Shown here: positions 1-7,538 of the stretch, one piece after another
How positions within the stretch are numbered: the stretch's first letter is position 1
How the letters are laid out: every line of letters starts with the position of its first letter
DNA from: Gammaproteobacteria bacterium
GTDB taxonomy: Bacteria; Pseudomonadota; Gammaproteobacteria; Steroidobacterales; Rariloculaceae
NCBI GenBank assembly: GCA_047516145.1
Contig: JAKZVH010000359.1
Coordinates: 1 to 41,277 of the forward strand
Reading direction: 5' to 3'
DNA length: 41,277 bases
Position numbers and translations under genes: made by a program
Notes under the pieces: generated by a model
Databases searched by the model: none
Told to the model about the DNA's origin: nothing
Seen by the model: only the letters and a program-made list of their open reading frames with translations

Positions 1-63
1 CAAGGCCGATATCCAGGCAGTCAAGGCCGATATCCAGGCAGTCAAGGCCGACCTTCAGGTCGA
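1..63 (+). repeat. 21-bp in-frame tandem repeat: two perfect copies plus a degenerate third
   Basis: Bases 1-21 and 22-42 are identical (caaggccgatatccaggcagt). Bases 43-63 (caaggccgaccttcaggtcga) are a diverged copy, and another caaggccgacct unit starts at 76. Each unit encodes one KADxQxV heptad. Confidence 0.85.
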
Positions 64-178
64 GATACAGACGGTCAAGGCCGACCTGTTGAAATGGATG
101 GTGACCGCGATGACTGCCCAGACCGGAGTGATCCTGGGGCTGGCCGCGGGCCTGATCCGGCTATTCTGGCTACGCTGA
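2..178 (+). CDS. C-terminal end of a coiled-coil, tail-anchored protein (DUF1640-like). Partial: continues upstream of the window.
   Basis: Frame +2 is open from base 2 to the TGA at 176-178. It reads KADIQAV-KADIQAV-KADLQVEIQTV-KADLLKWMVTAMTAQTGVILGLAAGLIRLFWLR. These are heptad-like KAD repeats, then KWM and one hydrophobic helix, which is the architecture I recall for DUF1640 proteins. It is absent from the ORF track because there is no start codon in the window. Confidence 0.5.
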   Translation, partial: KADIQAVKADIQAVKADLQVEIQTVKADLLKWMVTAMTAQTGVILGLAAGLIRLFWLR

Positions 179-192
179 TCGGCGCGGGCTGA

Positions 193-1578
193 TTATCCGT
201 CGTCGACGATATCCTGAGCCGCTCGCTCACCCGACTCCATGGCGCCCTCCATGCCGCGGTTGGCCAGACTCAGGTGTTCGCCGCAGAACCGAATCAGACC
301 ATGCGCAGCGCCCATGGCGGCGGCGAAGCGGGTGATCTGTCGGGGGCGAAAATAGGCCCACGCCCCGCGGGCGCAAGGGTCGCTTCCCCAACTTTTTCGC
401 CCGATGAATTCCAGCTGACCGTGCGCGGCCGGGCGTGCTGCCTCGATCTCCTGGATCACCCGGGCGCCGGCTTCCCGAGGGGCCAGCGCGTCAAGTAGTG
501 CCGCGTTACGGCCCATTACCCAGGCCGAAAATCCGGTGACCTCCGACGGATCCTGGCCGTTGCGGACGGCGGCCATCATTCCCGCGGTACTGTCGGTGAA
601 CAGGCTGGGAGCGAATCCATCCGCTTCCCAGAACCGGGATTTATGGGCGAAGTAGAGTTGGGTCATGGGCTGCGCCGGCAGGTTCGCCACAGCCTCCCGC
701 TGTTCGCCACTCAAGGGTGGGTCGATGCCGATCCCTCGCAATACCCCGAAGGGCAGGGCGCATACTGCGTGAGCCGCCCGGTAGACGGTACCGTCGTCAC
801 AGCGCACCGTTACGCGACGCCTGTCATCCTCGATTCCCGTCACCACTCGGCGAAAGTGCACGGGCTGATCGAGTGCCGCGGCCATGGCCTCCGGGACTCG
901 CTGCACGCCGTTCTCCACGGTATATCCGGCAGCGCCCGCAATAGAGGCCGAACGGGACTTGGAAGAGGCCGCTTGCGCCTTCGAGAAAGCCGCCCGGAAA
1001 AGCATCAGTAGCGCCGATACTCCGCGCGCGTCTTCGCCGTAGCTGACGTTGATGCCGTAGCCGACCCGGATCGCCGCATCGCTGAGTCCGAGCCCCTTCA
1101 TCCATTCGTACATGGAGACATCGAGCCTGGCGTTGGCCGGGTCGAGCCAGTCCCGCGGACTCTCGAGGCGGTTTTCCCGAGCAGTCAACACTCGGCTGTA
1201 CCTCCAGGGCAGCAACGCCTTGTCCCTCGCCGGGAACGGATTCGCGGGATGATCGGCCCACTCCGACTGGCGGATGATGGCGCCGTCGAGTACCAGGTCC
1301 TGTTCGCGGAAGAATTCCAGCGCGCGCGTGATATCGACGAGACCGATACCGAACCGCGATGCCGCGGCGATGACCCGCCGGTAGCCTGCGCCGATGAAAG
1401 TCCCGCCGGCTTCCATTTGCCCGCCGAGTTGCCGCATGGATCGCACGCGCCCGCCGACGCGCTCCCGGGCTTCGATCACCTGGACGTCGACGCCGGCGTC
1501 CTGGAGGTGCAAGGCGGCGCTGAGGCCCGCGAGACCCGCGCCGATCACCACTGCTTCGCAGCGATGTACCGGCGTCAC
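193..1578 (-). CDS. FAD-dependent flavin amine oxidase-family oxidoreductase (monoamine-oxidase-like). It is the last gene of the heme chain and a candidate functional CgoX/HemY replacement.
   Basis: ORF 193..1938 was trimmed. The first ~120 residues are Arg/Gly/Pro junk overlapping hemH. The GTG at 1578-1576 overlaps the hemH TGA (GTGA). The dinucleotide-binding motif VVIGAGLAGLSAALHL..VIEARERVGGR and the C-terminal FCGEHLS..GMEGAMESGERAA are typical of the Pfam Amino_oxidase family. Confidence 0.8.
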   Translation of the reverse strand: MTPVHRCEAVVIGAGLAGLSAALHLQDAGVDVQVIEARERVGGRVRSMRQLGGQMEAGGTFIGAGYRRVIAAASRFGIGLVDITRALEFFREQDLVLDGAIIRQSEWADHPANPFPARDKALLPWRYSRVLTARENRLESPRDWLDPANARLDVSMYEWMKGLGLSDAAIRVGYGINVSYGEDARGVSALLMLFRAAFSKAQAASSKSRSASIAGAAGYTVENGVQRVPEAMAAALDQPVHFRRVVTGIEDDRRRVTVRCDDGTVYRAAHAVCALPFGVLRGIGIDPPLSGEQREAVANLPAQPMTQLYFAHKSRFWEADGFAPSLFTDSTAGMMAAVRNGQDPSEVTGFSAWVMGRNAALLDALAPREAGARVIQEIEAARPAAHGQLEFIGRKSWGSDPCARGAWAYFRPRQITRFAAAMGAAHGLIRFCGEHLSLANRGMEGAMESGERAAQDIVDDG

Positions 1579-2642
1579 GTCAACTCCGCACCGCAGAGCG
1601 CACCGGGTGGCTCGCCGGGTCGGCCGGAAAGGCAGCAATCGGCCGGGCAGACATCGTGGCTGGGCCCGCGCCCGCCCAAAGCCGGGCGGTCTGGGCCAGC
1701 CGTCATCCGCTCGACGATCAACTCCCGCACCATGCCCACGTAGGCGGGATGGGCGCCCACCGTACCCGCGCGCACCATGTCGAGGCCCAACTCGGCGGCC
1801 TTGTCCGCCGCTTCCACGTCCAGATCCAGGACGACCTCCATGTGATCGCAGACGAATCCGATGGGGGCGACCACGACATCCGTATGTCTCGCCCCGCGCG
1901 TGGCCTCCAGCGCTTCGCTGATGTCCGGCCCGAGCCACGGCTCACCGTAGGAAGCGTTTTGGCTCTGGTAGACCAAGATCCAGGCCCCGGCACCCGCCGC
2001 CTCGGCGGACAGCGCGCACGCTTCCCGCAGCTGGGCCCGGTAGTCGCAGCGTTCCGCCATGGACAGCGGCAGGCTGTGGGCTGTGAACAGCAAGGCCGGT
2101 GGCGCTCCACCGGCGGGCAGCCGCGCGAACGCCTCGCGCAGCCGGTCGCTCACGGCCGCGATGAAGCCGGGATGGTTGTAGCCGACCCGCAGCTTGTCGA
2201 TTTGCGGTGCGCCTTCAAGCCCCTGCACCGCGGTGTAGAGATCTTCGCGGTATTTCCGGCAACCGCTGTATGAACTGAACGTGCTGGTGACGTAGGCGAT
2301 GGCTCGGCGGATCCCGTCGGCGGCCATCCGTTCCAGCGTATCTCCGAGCAGGGGGTGCCAGTTGCGGTTACCCCAGTAGACTGGTATCCGCGGTCCGGCG
2401 GCAGCCAATTCGCCCTCAAGCGCCCCGACGAACTCCCGGGTGTGGGCGTTGATCGGGCTGACACCCCCAAAGCGATGGTAGCGCTGGGCGATGCGCGCCT
2501 TGACCGGCGGCGGCACACGCAGCCCCGCCAGCACGTTGTCGAGAAACGGCATGACGTCGTCCGTGCCCTCGGGGCCGCCGAAAGAGACTACCAGCACGGC
2601 GTCGTACTTCCGGGCTTCGTTGTCGTAGAGCTCAGCCGGCAT
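1575..2642 (-). CDS. hemH: Ferrochelatase. By context probably a coproporphyrin ferrochelatase (CpfC), with a Cys-rich C-terminal tail.
   Basis: N-terminal YDAVLVVSFGGPEG, plus FTAHSLP and PIGFVCDHMEV, are ferrochelatase hallmarks. The last 30 residues carry four Cys (VCPADCCLSGRPGEPPGALC) and there is an internal SGCRKYRE. This resembles [2Fe-2S]-type microbial ferrochelatases. Confidence 0.9.
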   Translation of the reverse strand: MPAELYDNEARKYDAVLVVSFGGPEGTDDVMPFLDNVLAGLRVPPPVKARIAQRYHRFGGVSPINAHTREFVGALEGELAAAGPRIPVYWGNRNWHPLLGDTLERMAADGIRRAIAYVTSTFSSYSGCRKYREDLYTAVQGLEGAPQIDKLRVGYNHPGFIAAVSDRLREAFARLPAGGAPPALLFTAHSLPLSMAERCDYRAQLREACALSAEAAGAGAWILVYQSQNASYGEPWLGPDISEALEATRGARHTDVVVAPIGFVCDHMEVVLDLDVEAADKAAELGLDMVRAGTVGAHPAYVGMVRELIVERMTAGPDRPALGGRGPSHDVCPADCCLSGRPGEPPGALCGAELT

Positions 2643-3366
2643 CGGCGATCCGGCTCTGCCACACTGTCCGTCCGACGAAGAACGGTCCCAGGCTGTCCAG
2701 AAACTGCGAAGTCTGCTCGGTCTTGCGCATCTCCTGCACCACCGCCGAGAGGGGGAACAGATTTGGACCCAGCAGCCCGATCACGAAGTCGTTGTCGTGC
2801 TTGTCCAGACCGTGGCAGGCCAGGCGGATATCCGCCGCGAGCCCGGCGGCGCCGTAGCGCCTGCCAATGGAGCCATGCTCGGCGAGAATCTGGCGCTGCT
2901 TGGCTTGCGGCAGCACGTAAAAGCTCTTGGAGCGCTGCAGCGGGTACCACACCGCCCAGGTATGGACCGGATTGAGAATCTTGGAGCGGGGCTTCTCGAA
3001 CAGCGTATCCTCCAGATCCGGCTCGTAACCGATGGTGTACGTGCGCCCGAGCATGTCGAATTCGCCCTTGTGGGTCATGTCCGCAAAGGGCGGACCGTTG
3101 AACGCATTCCGGAGTGCCTGGGCGAAGAACGCCGGATCCTCGGCCATCGCGATGACGCCAATGCCTGTGGGGTCATTGGCGTCAAGGTATAACGCCCCCT
3201 CGACTCCCGCTTCCTCGAGGGCCTGTCCCGCGGCAGCGACGTCGCCACAACCGTTGAACGCGGTGAATTTCATGAACAGCCGGCGGTTCAGCGAGATCGG
3301 CCGGCCTTCGCGCGTGCCTTTCTCGCTGAGATCCACCGACACCGGGTCTTGTCTTGATTGCGTCAC
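2632..3366 (-). CDS. hemQ: Chlorite dismutase-family protein, likely coproheme decarboxylase (HemQ/ChdC)
   Basis: 244 aa. WAVWYPLQRSKSFYVLP..RQILAEHGSIGRRY..PFFVGR aligns by eye with actinobacterial HemQ (YPFVRSYEWYLLP..MLADHGMAARGY..PFFTGR), including the proximal His. The gene sits between hemE and hemH. Its GTG start overlaps the hemE stop. Confidence 0.7.
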   Translation of the reverse strand: MTQSRQDPVSVDLSEKGTREGRPISLNRRLFMKFTAFNGCGDVAAAGQALEEAGVEGALYLDANDPTGIGVIAMAEDPAFFAQALRNAFNGPPFADMTHKGEFDMLGRTYTIGYEPDLEDTLFEKPRSKILNPVHTWAVWYPLQRSKSFYVLPQAKQRQILAEHGSIGRRYGAAGLAADIRLACHGLDKHDNDFVIGLLGPNLFPLSAVVQEMRKTEQTSQFLDSLGPFFVGRTVWQSRIADAG

Positions 3367-4385
3367 GTTGCTTGCTCCTCGTGCACGGCGTCGACCAGCG
3401 CGGTCACGCTTTCCAGCGGGGTACTCGGGAGAATGCCGTGGCCCAGATTCACGATATGGCCCTCGGGCTTCACCCGTTGTAACAGGTTCGCCGCCGCCGC
3501 CCGGGTCGGCACGGCGCCGCCCAACAGAATGGCGGGGTCGATATTGCCCTGCACCGCTCGGCCTGGATAGCGTGACTGCAGGGCCGCGATGTCCACTCGC
3601 CAGTCCACAGCCAGCACCTCGGCGGGCAGGCTCGCGTACGCCTCAAGCAGGTGCGGCGCGTTCTGCAGAAACATGATCCTCGGTACGCCGGCCTCACCGA
3701 CCGCATGGAGCAGTTTGGTCAGATGAGGCCGAATGAGCCGTTCCCAATCCGGTAGCGAGAGGACGCCCGCCCAGGAATCGAAGATCTGTACGGCGTCGGC
3801 GCCTGCCCGCGCCTGGCTGATCAGGTATGTTGCCATGGCATCGGCAAGTTTTCCGAGCAGGTTCTGAAGAACGTCCGGCTGTGCCGCCGCGAAGGCGCGC
3901 AACGTGGGGAAGTCCCTCACGCCGCGTCCCTCCACGAGGTAGGCGGCCAGGGTCCACGGTGCACCGCAGAATCCCAGCAACGCGGTTTCCTCGGGGAGCA
4001 CGGCGCGGGTCTGCCTGAGCGCGGCGACGACCTCGGGTCCGAGCCGGTCCGGGTCCGGCGGCGTCAGCGCGTCCACGCCCGCCTTGTCGCGAATCGGGTT
4101 CTCCACCACCGGGCCGGGGTCAAAGTCGAACTTCACGCCCAACGCCGGCAGCGGGCTCATGATGTCGGCGAATACGATGGCAGCGTCCAGAGGGAATCGC
4201 GCCAACGGCATCAGGGTCACTCTGGATGCAAGTTCGGCGGACTGTGCCACCGCCTTGAAGGGATAGGATCGGCGCAACTCGCGGTACTCGGGCAGGTAGC
4301 GCCCGGCCTGGCGCATGATCCAGAGCGGGCGCCGGTTGACGGCCTCGCCGCGAATCGCCTTCAGCAGCAGCCTTTCCCCGGTCAC
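3363..4385 (-). CDS. hemE: Uroporphyrinogen decarboxylase
   Basis: The URO-D signature PLWIMRQAGRYLPEYRELR lies near the N-terminus. Length is 340 aa. Confidence 0.95.
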   Translation of the reverse strand: MTGERLLLKAIRGEAVNRRPLWIMRQAGRYLPEYRELRRSYPFKAVAQSAELASRVTLMPLARFPLDAAIVFADIMSPLPALGVKFDFDPGPVVENPIRDKAGVDALTPPDPDRLGPEVVAALRQTRAVLPEETALLGFCGAPWTLAAYLVEGRGVRDFPTLRAFAAAQPDVLQNLLGKLADAMATYLISQARAGADAVQIFDSWAGVLSLPDWERLIRPHLTKLLHAVGEAGVPRIMFLQNAPHLLEAYASLPAEVLAVDWRVDIAALQSRYPGRAVQGNIDPAILLGGAVPTRAAAANLLQRVKPEGHIVNLGHGILPSTPLESVTALVDAVHEEQAT

Positions 4386-5101
4386 TGTACCCGCTCCGCT
4401 TCGCTGGTAAACCGGTAGCCGACGCCGCGCACGGTATGAAAGTGCTCGGGGGCCTCCGGGTTGCGCTCGAATCGCTTGCGCAGGCGCACGATGAAATTGT
4501 CAATCGTTCGAGTAGAGGGATACACCTCGTAACCCCACACTTTATCGAGGATGTCCTCTCGCGGGACGATGGCGCCATCGTGTTCCGCGAGCACCTTCAT
4601 GATCATGGCTTCCTTGTGGGTCAGCGAGTGCTCGATACCGTCCCATCCCAGGGCGTGATACGTCAGAAAATCGATCTCGTTACCGCTGAAATGCAGCGTG
4701 GACCTGGCCCGTGCATACCAGTGACTGCGGCGCAGGATGGCCGCGACCCGCAGCAACAACTCCTTGAGATGGAACGGTTTGGCCAGGTAGTCGTCGCCGC
4801 CGGCTTCAAGACCGCGAATGCGATCCTCGGGGCCTCCCTTCACCGTGAGGAACATCACCGGCGTGTGCATTGCGTTGCGGCGCAGTTCCTCGCACGTCTT
4901 CAGCCCATCCATTCTTGGCATCATCACGTCCAGAAGAATCAGGTCGAAGCGGCTTGCCAGCGCCTTGCGAAGGCCTTCGGCGCCGTCGTTGGCCACTTCC
5001 GCGGCGTAGCCTTCGGCTTCCAATATCTCGCGGATGCCGTCCGCCAGGTGAACCTCATCGTCGACCACCAGTATCCGGGCCGGATGGATCGCTGCGCTCA
5101 C
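4382..5101 (-). CDS. OmpR/PhoB-family response regulator
   Basis: Receiver domain: ILVVDDE..DLILLDVMMPRMDG..KP. C-terminal winged helix: TRTIDNFIVRLRKRF..TVRGVGYRF. The GTG start overlaps the kinase stop, and its own stop overlaps the hemE GTG start. Confidence 0.92.
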   Translation of the reverse strand: MSAAIHPARILVVDDEVHLADGIREILEAEGYAAEVANDGAEGLRKALASRFDLILLDVMMPRMDGLKTCEELRRNAMHTPVMFLTVKGGPEDRIRGLEAGGDDYLAKPFHLKELLLRVAAILRRSHWYARARSTLHFSGNEIDFLTYHALGWDGIEHSLTHKEAMIMKVLAEHDGAIVPREDILDKVWGYEVYPSTRTIDNFIVRLRKRFERNPEAPEHFHTVRGVGYRFTSEAERVQ

Positions 5102-6186
5102 CGCTGCGCTCCGGGGACCGGCCAGTCCACGGTGACCGTCGCGCCCGTGCCCGGCCCGTCGCTGGCAGCGCTGACCCGGGCTCCCGAGAGCTCCGCAAGA
5201 CCGCGAACGAGGTACAACCCCAGCCCGGTACCCTGTGTGGAACGGCGCATCTCGTCCCCGAGCCGATAGAATTTTTCGAAGATCATGGAGGCGTCCTCGG
5301 GCGCAAAGCCACTGCCGTCATCGCGCACCGTGATACGAACGAACCGGCCGGCCGGTTCAGCGCCTATCCACACGCTTTGACCCTGCCCGGAGACACAGGC
5401 CTTGACGGCGTTGTCGAGCAGGTTGCGCAGAACCGTTTCGATCGCGAAGGGGTCTGCATCCACCCGCAAATCGCCGCTAACGCTGACTTTGATGTCCACG
5501 CCGTGCCCGTGGGCCGCCTCCTGGTGATGGGCCAGGCTAGCCTCGATAACGCCGGCCAATTCGAGCGTACCCCGCTTCAATTCGATGCGGCCTTCCTCGA
5601 GCCGCGTGGTCTCCAGCAGGTTTTCCACCATCCGCAACAACCGCTCGCCATCCTCCAGCATCCGCTGGCCCAGGCGTTGCGTGTGCGGATCGTCGGTTCG
5701 TCTGATCAGGGATTCGGCCGCGAGCCTGATGCTGGCCAACGGGCTCTTCAATTCGTGCGAGACGGCGGCGAGAAAGTTCTGTTGCCGCTTTCTGAGCTGC
5801 GCATCGTGCCGGATCGTGCGCGTCAGCACGGTCATGCCGCCCAGCAGCACCAGCAGGAAGAATCCGCCTTCCCAGGTATAGCGATTGATGCGCGAATCGG
5901 CGTCGTCGGCGAGGGCCTGCAGGGACTCCGGCCGAACGGCCGCCGTGCCCCGATCCGCGTCGATCTCGATGTGGGGCAATAGCTCCGGCAGTTGGAGCGC
6001 CGCCTGCGCGAACGCCGCGGTGACTGCCAGCGCGTCGGCTTCATAGAGCGCCGCGATGCGATCCCGATTGTCCCGCGCCAGGCTGCGCTGATCGGCGACC
6101 CACCAGGCAGTCTGGGCCGTGGATATCGCCAGCAGGGCGAGAAAACCGAACTGCAGCGCCATGGTTGGATTGCGTTTCAGCGTCAT
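5098..6186 (-). CDS. Sensor histidine kinase with two TM helices and a ~95-aa extracytoplasmic loop; no HAMP or PAS domain recognised
   Basis: H-box FLAAVSHELKSPLASI, N-box LRNLLDNAVKA, and G-boxes DDGSGF and GTGLGLYLV are present. ORF 5098..6447 was trimmed to the ATG at 6186 (MTLKRNPTMALQFGFLALLAIS). The upstream part overlaps hemL, and this ATG forms an ATGA overlap with the hemL stop. Confidence 0.9.
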   Translation of the reverse strand: MTLKRNPTMALQFGFLALLAISTAQTAWWVADQRSLARDNRDRIAALYEADALAVTAAFAQAALQLPELLPHIEIDADRGTAAVRPESLQALADDADSRINRYTWEGGFFLLVLLGGMTVLTRTIRHDAQLRKRQQNFLAAVSHELKSPLASIRLAAESLIRRTDDPHTQRLGQRMLEDGERLLRMVENLLETTRLEEGRIELKRGTLELAGVIEASLAHHQEAAHGHGVDIKVSVSGDLRVDADPFAIETVLRNLLDNAVKACVSGQGQSVWIGAEPAGRFVRITVRDDGSGFAPEDASMIFEKFYRLGDEMRRSTQGTGLGLYLVRGLAELSGARVSAASDGPGTGATVTVDWPVPGAQR

Positions 6187-7538
6187 GACTCGCTCTCCAT
6201 CGATTCCTCGGTTGCCGGGTGGTCGGGTTGGTTTGCCCCGGCCACGGTTTCGAGCACTTCCCGCAGTGTCGTGGCGAAGCGGTCGATGTGCCCGGTATCG
6301 TGGGCCAGCGACAGGAATCCCACCTCGAACGCTGACGGCGCCAGCGCGATGCCGCGTTCCATAAGGCCGTGAAAAACCTGCCGGTAGATTTGTGCGCCCC
6401 GCGGGTGGACCGCCGCGGCGGACCGCGGCGCTTCGGTCGATCCCCACGCGATCCAGAAGATCGAGCCGATGCGCACCAGCGCGGCCGGGACCGAGGCGGC
6501 GCGCAGCACTTCGTCGAGGCGCTGCTCCAGGTATTTTCCGAGACGCTCCAGGGTCTGCCAGCCGTGGCGGCGCTGCAGATACTTGAGCGTCGTCAGCCCC
6601 GCCGTCATGGCCACCGGATTGCCGGACAAGGTGCCGGCCTGGTACACGCCTCCGGTGGGCGCCAGGTGCTGCATCGTCTCTCGCGGGCCGCCGAACGCGC
6701 CCACGGGCATGCCGCCCCCGATGACCTTGCCGAAGGTGACCAGGTCAGGCTGCACGTCGTAGTGGGCCGCCGCGCCCCCGGGTCCCAGCCGGAAACCCGA
6801 AATGACCTCGTCGAAGATCAAGAGTGCCCCGTGGCGCGTGCATCGCTCGCGCAGCAATTTCAGAAACTCCGGGCGTTGCAGGAGCAGGCCGTTATTCGCG
6901 GGTACGGGTTCGATGATGACCGCGGCGATGCGGTCGCCGTCGCGATCGAAGAGTGCTGCCACGGCGTCGTCGTCGTCGAGCGGCAGGACGCGGGTCAGCG
7001 CCGCATGCGGCTCCGGGATACCCAGCGACGACGGGGTGCCGAAGGTTGCCAGCCCGGAGCCCGCCGCCACCAGCAGGTCATCCACGTGGCCGTGATAGCA
7101 GCCGGAGAACTTGACGATGAGTTCGCGTTCTGTGGCGCCCCGGGCCAGGCGCACGGCACTCATCACGGCCTCGGTTCCGGAGGATACGAAGCGCACCTGC
7201 TCGATGCCGGGGTAGCAGGCCACCACGGTCTCGGCCAGCTCGATTTCCACTGCGGACGGCGCGCCGAAGGAGGTACCGCGGCCAACGGCGCCCTTAACGG
7301 CAGCCACGACCGATGGGTGGGCATGGCCCAGGATCAGCGGGCCCCACGACCCGACGAAGTCCAGGTAGCGATTGCCGTCCTCGTCGACGACTTCGGCGCC
7401 ACGGCCCTCGCGGATGACCTTCGGGGTTCCGCCCACGCCGCGAAACGCCCGCACGGGCGAACTCACGCCGCCGGGCAGGACCTCGAGCGCCCGGTCGAAC
7501 CATGCAATCGATCGCGGGTTCCCGCGGGCGGGGCTCAT
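6183..7538 (-). CDS. hemL: Glutamate-1-semialdehyde 2,1-aminomutase
   Basis: Class-III aminotransferase fold with SWGPLILGHAHP, FDEVISGFR and TFGKVIGGGMPVGAFGG (PLP-lysine region). Confidence 0.95.
   Translation of the reverse strand: MSPARGNPRSIAWFDRALEVLPGGVSSPVRAFRGVGGTPKVIREGRGAEVVDEDGNRYLDFVGSWGPLILGHAHPSVVAAVKGAVGRGTSFGAPSAVEIELAETVVACYPGIEQVRFVSSGTEAVMSAVRLARGATERELIVKFSGCYHGHVDDLLVAAGSGLATFGTPSSLGIPEPHAALTRVLPLDDDDAVAALFDRDGDRIAAVIIEPVPANNGLLLQRPEFLKLLRERCTRHGALLIFDEVISGFRLGPGGAAAHYDVQPDLVTFGKVIGGGMPVGAFGGPRETMQHLAPTGGVYQAGTLSGNPVAMTAGLTTLKYLQRRHGWQTLERLGKYLEQRLDEVLRAASVPAALVRIGSIFWIAWGSTEAPRSAAAVHPRGAQIYRQVFHGLMERGIALAPSAFEVGFLSLAHDTGHIDRFATTLREVLETVAGANQPDHPATEESMESES

Noticed and set aside
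1579-1938. N-terminal extensions of several track ORFs: 193..1938, 5098..6447, 15207..16379, 18658..19911, 20565..22673, 22877..23743, 36986..38383 and 37450..38544.
   Set aside because: The extended parts are compositionally junk-like and overlap the upstream gene or the riboswitch. Internal starts give proper signal peptides or SD sequences, or the 4-nt overlaps seen throughout the operons.
4870-5982. Long antisense ORFs opposite recognisable genes. Examples: 4436..5269, 4870..5982, 6369..7571, 7568..8437, 10718..11845, 15282..16757, 18664..19884, 18836..19963, 30682..32013, 31919..33355, 34029..34985 and 34174..35022.
   Set aside because: Their translations are Arg/Pro/Gly/Ala-rich and low in complexity, with no family motifs. 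Each fully overlaps a gene with clear conserved signatures on the other strand or in another frame. Such shadow ORFs are expected in GC-rich DNA because stop codons are rare.
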